From NCBI GenBank assembly GCA_041690135.1, contig JAWLHY010000010.1, positions 64,001 through 128,000 on the forward strand: 64,000 nucleotides of DNA, written 5' to 3'. The notes beneath the pieces are model-generated. The model saw only the letters and a program-made list of their open reading frames with translations, ran no database searches and was not told the DNA's origin. Source of the DNA: Armatimonadota bacterium (GTDB taxonomy: Bacteria > Armatimonadota > SYMT01). Positions 57,837 through 64,000 of this stretch are shown piece after piece (position 1 is the stretch's first letter; the number at the start of each line of letters is the position of its first letter). The translations under genes and the position numbers were made by a program.

Positions 57837-60800
57837 CTATTCGCGGGTCAGGGCTTCGTCCAGGTTGTAGATGGCGAGGCAAACGGAAGCGTAGGCGGCA
57901 TGTTCCACCGAGTCGAGGGAAGTGTCGCGGGGACTTTCCCCAGCTTTCAGGTACGCTTCCGCCGCGCCAGGTTTCGCCCGGTAGGTTGCAAGGGTACGGT
58001 CCAGGCCCCGGCGCAGGACCTTCAGCTCGCCGGCATCCGGACGGCGAGCGCACACACGCCGGAATGCTTCGGTGAGGCGGGCTTCGGGGGAGGGCCCCGC
58101 TTCCTTCATCACCCGCTCCGCCAGGGCACGACCCGCCTCCACCCACGTGACGTCGTTGAGCGTGGTGAGGGCGTGCAGCGGGGTGCTGGTGATCGTCAAC
58201 CGCACCTTACACGTGTTGCGCACGGAAGCATCGAACATATTCGCGGGCGCGACGGTCCGCCGCCAGAAGGTGTAGAGGCTCCGCCGGAAAAGGTCCGCCC
58301 CCTTCGACTGGGGGTAGGTGAAGTCGCGCTCCTTCGTGATCGCGAGGCCGTCCCAGATTCCCTTCGGCTGATATGGGTAGACCGGCTTCCCGCCCATTCG
58401 GCGGTCGAGCAGTCCGCTCGAGGCGAGGGCCACGTCCCGCAGCAGCATCGAATGCATGCGATACCGGGCGCCGCGCGCCAGCAGCCGGTTCTCCGGGTCC
58501 TTCCGCCGCAGCTCCGGCGTCACTTTGGAGCTCTGCCGGTAGGTAGTGCTGGTGACGATGAGGCGGACCAGGGATTTCATGGACCAGCCAAGGCCTTCGG
58601 CGGGGTTGGGGGCCTGCGACTGGGGGCCAGTCCGGAAGGATGAAGGATGAAGGATGAAGGATGACCTCGAACCTCGGGGATTGGAAGCGGCTGCGGTCAA
58701 CAGCGCTATGTCCCCCCCGCTCTCCGCACCCTTGCTCCCTTGCGCTGTGGTGAAACTACCCGCACCGGAGAACACGGAGGCGAGGTAGTCCAGGAGCTCG
58801 GGGTGAGACGGTGGGTCGGCCTGGGTGCCGAGGTTTTCGGAGGTTTTGACGAGGCCCTGGCCGAAGAACTGTTGCCAAAAGCGGTTGACCTGCACGCGGG
58901 CCGTGAGGGGGTTCTCCGGGCTCACCAGCCACCGGGCCAGGCCGAGGCGGTTCCGGGGGTATTCGGCGGGCATGGGCGGCAACGCGGTGGGGGTGCCGGG
59001 CTGCACCTCTTCCCGCGGGGCCTCGTAGTTGCCACGGTCCAGGATGTGCGTCTTCCGAGGACGCGCGTCGGACATGATCATCACGCGTGGAAGGGTCTTC
59101 CGGAACTCGTCCCGCGCCCCTTCGGCAGCCTGCAGCCGGGCGTGCAGCTCTTTCAGGCCGCCCGGCGCTTCCGCAGCGAGAAACGCATCCCGGACCTTCT
59201 TCGCATCGGCGGTGGATCGCTTGTCCGCGGCCGTCTTGAGGGCGGCAAGCAGGTCGTCCGGCAGCTTGTTCTCCAGGACACGGAAATAGAAGCCCGCCGG
59301 ACCGCCGCCGTTGGCGATCTTGACCAACAGCCGGTTTTCTCCTGGCACCAGCGACACCGTGACCTTGTCCTGATCCGGCAGCACGCCGCGCGTGATCGGG
59401 TTCGCGTGAACCTGCGCGCCGTTCAGCCAGACCTTGATACCGTCGTCGCTGCCGAGGGAGAGCGTTACCGTGCGCGGTCCCTCCGCCTGGAGCGTGCGGT
59501 AGAGATAGAAGGCAAAGTTCTCACCGCCGGAGATCTCCTGGAGCTTACCGTCCGCCCATTCGGGACGGGGAGTCCAGCGGAGTTTTCCACCCTCGTAGGC
59601 GGCGGAAAGGTCGACTTTCTTCTCTGGTGCAAATTCGGTCCGGAAGGCCTGCTCGAACCCATCGGCCGGAAAGGGCCCGATGGCACGCCAGGGGTCCAAC
59701 TTCGGCGCGGCTCCCACTTCCTTCAGGCGCTGTGCTTCCCACCGGGCCTGGGCGGTCTGCAGTTCGGCCTCGTGCTCGCGCTCGTACTTCTCCGCGGCAG
59801 TACGGGCCGCAGTCGCGGCTGCTTCCAGCGTGTCGAGCCGGGACATCTCCTCGGGGCTGCCCGCGTACATCCAGGGATCCGCGATGCGATACTGACCACC
59901 GAAGGGAGGCGTGCCGGTCTCCGGGACGTTGTTGAAGAACGCCATGAAGGAGTAGTAGTCCTTCTGCGTCAGCGGATCGTACTTGTGATCGTGGCACTGG
60001 GCGCAGGCGAGCGTGGCGCCCAGCCAGTTGGTGGCGGTAACGTCCACCCGGTCGAACAGGATCACATTCCGCTGCTCTTCCGGAATGGCGCCCCCTTCCC
60101 CGTTCAGCAGGTGCAGGCGGTTGAAGCCCGTCGCCAGCTTCTGCTCGAAGGTGGCATTGGGGAGCAGATCGCCCGCCAATTGATAGATGGTGAACCGATC
60201 GAACGGCATGTCCTGGTTGAGGGCCCCGACGAGCCAGTCCCGCCAGACGTACTGGTAGGTGTCGCCATCCTGCTGGAAGCCGTTGCTGTCCGCGTAACGG
60301 GCTGCGTCCAGCCAGGGCAGGGCCATCCTCTCGCCGTAGTGTGGGCTGGTGAGAAGACGGTCGACGACCTTCTCATAGGCGTCCGGAGAGCGGTCGGCCA
60401 GGAAGGCATCCACCTCCCGCGGGGTCGGCGGCAGCCCGGTGAGGTCCAGCGTCACGCGACGCAGCAGGGTGGCCCGATCCGCTTCGGGAGACGGGCGGAG
60501 GCCTTCCTGCTCCAGACGTGCCAGAATGAAGGCGTCGATCGGGTTGCGAACCCAGGATTTCTGGCGCGGGGTGGGAACCTTCGGACGACGGACCGGCTCG
60601 TAGGCCCAGTGCCGCGCGGGTCCGCCTTCCGCCCAGACCGCCCCCTGGTCGATCCAGGCGCGCACCTCGCCGATCTTCTCGGGCGAAAGTGGCGCAAAGC
60701 CGAGCGGCATCCGCGGCTTGCCCCCATGCCCCAGCATGCGCGTCACCAGGAGGCTCTTCGCTCCCTGGCCGGGAACCAGACCGGGACCGCCAACGCCTCC

Positions 60801-61151
60801 CTTGAGGGCCAGTTCCCGCGAGTCAAGACGGAGTCCCCCTTGCTGCTGGGAACCGCCGTGGCAATCGAGGCAGTGGGCCTTGAGGATCGGCTGGATATCG
60901 CGGGTAAAGTCGACGTTGGGAGCGGCTTTGGCCCGAGAGGCCGCCTCTCCTTGGGTGGTTCCGCCTGATGCTCGCCTGGCGGGAATCACAGTTTTGCGGT
61001 TCGTCTTGGCAGGGGAGCCCTTCTGGCCTACCGCGGTCGCGGCGGGGATCCCGCAGAGCATGAACACCGCGGCGGAGAGCGCGCCACGTCGATGGCAGCT
61101 GAGCAACTTCCTCTTCCTCATCAGCATGGGGAACCGTCCGCGGTACGGCAC
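57837..61151 (-). CDS. Planctomycete cytochrome c / PSD1 protein (PSCyt1, DUF1549, PA14-like insert, DUF1553)
   Basis: VDFTRDIQPIL..HCLDCH, RRVTLDLTGLPP, SPHYGER, WLDAARYADSNG, CAQCHDHKYDP, NRLGLARWL, HPELLD, RRSLY. Confidence 0.95.
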   Translation of the reverse strand: MPYRGRFPMLMRKRKLLSCHRRGALSAAVFMLCGIPAATAVGQKGSPAKTNRKTVIPARRASGGTTQGEAASRAKAAPNVDFTRDIQPILKAHCLDCHGGSQQQGGLRLDSRELALKGGVGGPGLVPGQGAKSLLVTRMLGHGGKPRMPLGFAPLSPEKIGEVRAWIDQGAVWAEGGPARHWAYEPVRRPKVPTPRQKSWVRNPIDAFILARLEQEGLRPSPEADRATLLRRVTLDLTGLPPTPREVDAFLADRSPDAYEKVVDRLLTSPHYGERMALPWLDAARYADSNGFQQDGDTYQYVWRDWLVGALNQDMPFDRFTIYQLAGDLLPNATFEQKLATGFNRLHLLNGEGGAIPEEQRNVILFDRVDVTATNWLGATLACAQCHDHKYDPLTQKDYYSFMAFFNNVPETGTPPFGGQYRIADPWMYAGSPEEMSRLDTLEAAATAARTAAEKYEREHEAELQTAQARWEAQRLKEVGAAPKLDPWRAIGPFPADGFEQAFRTEFAPEKKVDLSAAYEGGKLRWTPRPEWADGKLQEISGGENFAFYLYRTLQAEGPRTVTLSLGSDDGIKVWLNGAQVHANPITRGVLPDQDKVTVSLVPGENRLLVKIANGGGPAGFYFRVLENKLPDDLLAALKTAADKRSTADAKKVRDAFLAAEAPGGLKELHARLQAAEGARDEFRKTLPRVMIMSDARPRKTHILDRGNYEAPREEVQPGTPTALPPMPAEYPRNRLGLARWLVSPENPLTARVQVNRFWQQFFGQGLVKTSENLGTQADPPSHPELLDYLASVFSGAGSFTTAQGSKGAESGGDIALLTAAASNPRGSRSSFILHPSSFRTGPQSQAPNPAEGLGWSMKSLVRLIVTSTTYRQSSKVTPELRRKDPENRLLARGARYRMHSMLLRDVALASSGLLDRRMGGKPVYPYQPKGIWDGLAITKERDFTYPQSKGADLFRRSLYTFWRRTVAPANMFDASVRNTCKVRLTITSTPLHALTTLNDVTWVEAGRALAERVMKEAGPSPEARLTEAFRRVCARRPDAGELKVLRRGLDRTLATYRAKPGAAEAYLKAGESPRDTSLDSVEHAAYASVCLAIYNLDEALTRE

Positions 61152-61644
61152 CGCGTCTGCGGGTTTTGTTACGCCTGGCCGCCGCTTGTTTCAGGAGATC
61201 GTGTGGCAGGTGGCTACCTGCCATACCTGTCAGGTAGATCCAGTTTGCCCGTCGCCAGATAGGGTTCCTGCTCAAGCCGGTCCTGGCAATCGAACATCCA
61301 GGCTTGGTGTTAGGGTCGCCACCCCCCGAAATCCGGGATGCCTTGCCCCATCGGGTGCCGGTCCTGGTGGATGCCAGACCGGGCAGGTACCGGCTCTCGC
61401 AGACCGTGTACCTGGAGATTTCCGGCGCGCGGTCTCCGGAAGGCGGGTTCTCGACGCCCGCACCTACGACCGACGGATTTCACCCCCGCCATACGCTCAC
61501 CAGTGGGGAGTTGCGATTGGAGATTGCAGTGGGTCGGCGATAAGCGCTCCCAGAGCGCCGGTGGCGGAGAGACGCAGGGTTCATACGCACGACTGTAACC
61601 CGATGGCACACGCGGGCATCTACACGATGGAAGGAGCACACCCA

Positions 61645-63348
61645 ATGATCCGCCGTTTGGGTATTGCCTCGCTGGTGCTGTTGGTGTCAGCCTGTGGCGC
61701 GGTCTTATCTGCCGCGCCTCCTCTCGCGGATGCGCGCCTGGAACGCAGGGTGACCGTCCACGTGGAAGGGATGGCCCTGGCCGAGTTGCTCCCCCGTCTG
61801 TCGAAGGCGACCGGCGTCCCCCTCCGTGCGGATCGGGAAACGGCGGAAGATAAGGTCGTGATCCTGGGTCCGGACCGACCGCTGCACGACGTGTTGGAGG
61901 ACCTCGCGGCGCTACTCGGCCACCGGTGGGAGCGGCGGACCGTGGGGGGCGAGGTGCAGTTCGTGCTGACCCGCGACCCCGAGGTGCGGAAGAAGGAAGA
62001 AAAGCTTGCCGAGTCCCCGGAGCAGGTGGTCCTCCGGCATCTCCAGGCGCAGGTGCGAGCGCTGCGGGAACCTCGCTCTCGCCTGGAACAACGGCCGGAA
62101 AACGACCCGATCCGCAAGGCGCTGCTCGACCCAAAACTCCGGCAGGCGACCGAATTCTTTGCCCTTCTCAACTCCCGCCAGCGGGACCTGCTCATTGAGC
62201 GGGGCCGCTACCGGCTCTTCTTTCCAGCACTGGCGCCTCCCTACCAGGCTGCGCTGCAGGATCTCCACCGCGCCAATCAGGTGCCGGAGGAGACCATCCG
62301 CTCTTTACGGGTCGCCATCTACCGCCGAGGTGCCCCACCGGATGCGGATTTCCATCTGTGGGTGCAAGGCGGTGGCCGCGTTATGGCATCCTTTTACCCG
62401 GGCAACGCCCAATACGCGGTGTTTGAGGTGCCTCCCAACGATCCGCCTGTGCGCGGTAACCCCTATACCGGCGATCCGGTGGTGACGAACGCCACCCTGC
62501 CCGCGATCCAAGAGGTTCTCACCCAGGACACGCTCCCCCGGGTGGAGCGTTTGCGCCGGCTGGCCGAAGCGACCGGGGTTCCAGTGGTGGCGGACTTCTA
62601 TCGCCTGGAGCCCTCCCAATTCCTGCACCGGGAACAGAAGCCGGGGTCGGGAGCCGCGGACCGGATCGACGCCCTCGCCCATCGCCTCGGCTCCGTGTGG
62701 TGGACCCGGAAAAGCACGCTGCTGTTCCGCTGCCGGGACTGGTTCCGCCGGCGCGACTACGAGATGTCCGACCGCTGGTTCGACGACACGGTGCGCCGAC
62801 TCCGCGGCAAAGAGGAGCCCACCCTGGGAGATCTTTTGCGCCTGGAGACGCTCACTTTCAAGCAACTCATCGGCCTGATCTGTCTGGAGGAGCGGGGGAT
62901 GGCACTCACCGGCACCCAGGATTACCACCAGCGCAAGCTTTCCGGCGTGCCGGAGGTCCTGGACATCCTCGAGGGATTCCACGGCCGGTCGCGCGCGAAA
63001 CTGGTGAATTGGGACCGCCTGACCAGGGAACAACAGCGGGAGATTGCTCCCGCCCTCCCCCTCCGCGCCGAGCAGATGTCGCCCGCCCAGCGCTCCCTGA
63101 TCCTGCCGCTGCTCGCCGTGCAGAAGCGAGAGCCGGACGGCCTCTATCCCGAGACATTTCAGATCACGGTTCAAAGCCGGGACCCACGCCCCGCCAAGCG
63201 CCGAGAGGGCTACCGTTACGTACCCGTCGAGCTCTCCTGGGGCACGAAAGGCACCAGCGGCGATGCGGAGCTCCCGCTCCCTCTGACGGTCCCCGACAAC
63301 AGACGTTCTGCCGCCGTCATTCAGGTTGCCAATGAGCGGAATGATTGA
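61645..63348 (+). CDS. Secreted hypothetical protein with N-terminal STN/secretin-N-like domain
   Basis: RBS AAGGAG; signal peptide; DARLERRVTV....L.ELL..LS.ATGV.L, with a second LA.ATGVPVVAD module. Confidence 0.8.
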   Translation: MIRRLGIASLVLLVSACGAVLSAAPPLADARLERRVTVHVEGMALAELLPRLSKATGVPLRADRETAEDKVVILGPDRPLHDVLEDLAALLGHRWERRTVGGEVQFVLTRDPEVRKKEEKLAESPEQVVLRHLQAQVRALREPRSRLEQRPENDPIRKALLDPKLRQATEFFALLNSRQRDLLIERGRYRLFFPALAPPYQAALQDLHRANQVPEETIRSLRVAIYRRGAPPDADFHLWVQGGGRVMASFYPGNAQYAVFEVPPNDPPVRGNPYTGDPVVTNATLPAIQEVLTQDTLPRVERLRRLAEATGVPVVADFYRLEPSQFLHREQKPGSGAADRIDALAHRLGSVWWTRKSTLLFRCRDWFRRRDYEMSDRWFDDTVRRLRGKEEPTLGDLLRLETLTFKQLIGLICLEERGMALTGTQDYHQRKLSGVPEVLDILEGFHGRSRAKLVNWDRLTREQQREIAPALPLRAEQMSPAQRSLILPLLAVQKREPDGLYPETFQITVQSRDPRPAKRREGYRYVPVELSWGTKGTSGDAELPLPLTVPDNRRSAAVIQVANERND

Positions 63349-63551
63349 GTTGACCACGGGCTTGCCCGCGTGGGAACGCGCGGAATGGCACGCAAAGGAC
63401 ACCATGGGTGGAAAGCGGGTCGGAGGGCAGGCCCCCTACTCTGCACCCACACCTGGAATTGCCTGTTTTGCTGCTCGCCTTTGCGCGCCATATTGCTTCT
63501 CCAAACAGGAAGTGACGATACCTGGCCCTACGGAGAAACGTCGTAGTGAGT

Positions 63552-64000
63552 ATGGAGTGCCGTTTCCCTAACCTGTACCGGTACAGCACGCTCGAGCTAC
63601 TTCCCGCGGCGGGCCTGGGGGCGATTGTGTGGGCGGTGGTATCGGCAATCGCCGGAGCCTTATCCAGGCACCAGCCTTTCTGGGGCGCAGTCGCGCAGGC
63701 AGTCGCACTGTGCGGGCTGGCCGTTTTTGGAGGCGTTCTCGCCCTGTGCGGCTTCTGGGACTTGCGGAACGGATGGGTCCGCCGGTCGTGGGTCCGCAGC
63801 TTCGAGCGGCGCGTCGGCCCGGAGGAACTGGAGCCGTTGCTGGGAGCCGACCCGGGCAGGTATGTGATCCACGTCCGCTACTACGGCGGTTTCGACGTCA
63901 ACAGCATGGCCCCCGCGGTGCTGATCGAGGATCGGAGCTCGGGCCAGTTCCTGGTCGCGCATCCGTCTCCCCCCAACCTTTCCGAATGCTGCGAAAGCCT
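63552..64000 (+). CDS. Hypothetical membrane protein, runs off the window
   Basis: Open frame from ATG 63552: MECRFPNLY...GLGAIVWAVVSAIAG...VALCGLAVFGGVLALCGFW (two TM segments). Confidence 0.55.
   Translation, partial: MECRFPNLYRYSTLELLPAAGLGAIVWAVVSAIAGALSRHQPFWGAVAQAVALCGLAVFGGVLALCGFWDLRNGWVRRSWVRSFERRVGPEELEPLLGADPGRYVIHVRYYGGFDVNSMAPAVLIEDRSSGQFLVAHPSPPNLSECCES

Noticed and set aside
60718-61644. N-terminal 309 aa of the 876-aa ORF
   Set aside because: Overlaps the opposite-strand PSD1 gene; an RBS and signal peptide place the start at 61645.
1-64000. tRNA, rRNA, transposase, integrase or prophage genes
   Set aside because: None recognised by eye; tRNAscan-SE and Rfam would be needed to exclude small RNAs.

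Overview
High-GC bacterial chromosomal window. The gene content is consistent with Armatimonadota or a PVC-like soil/aquatic lineage (inference from DUF1559 H-X9-DG, DUF4058, PSD1/DUF1501 and FhaA/RodA/PbpA genes). It holds about 50 CDS: comEC, a group-2-like sigma70, a HelY-type helicase, two purine blocks (purS-Q-L-F-N and purD-E), fucI, proS, lepB, a BlaI/BlaR1-like pair, and many secreted or carbohydrate-related enzymes. No rRNA, tRNA, CRISPR array or transposase was recognised. Main highlights: (1) a single-chain FHA-RodA-PBP fusion beside FhaA, with both FHA domains missing pThr-binding residues and no neighbouring kinase or phosphatase; (2) a VapBC-type toxin-antitoxin pair inserted, translationally coupled, between purQ and purL; (3) several short dispersed repeat families (GATWAG hexamer tails, 7-, 8- and 9-mer tandems, REP/REPIN-like palindromes) at gene 3' ends, some translated in frame inside proteins; (4) a gene broken by one in-frame TAA; (5) a BlaI promoter with two TACAnnTGTA operators. 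All family calls come from motif recognition by eye, without database searches.
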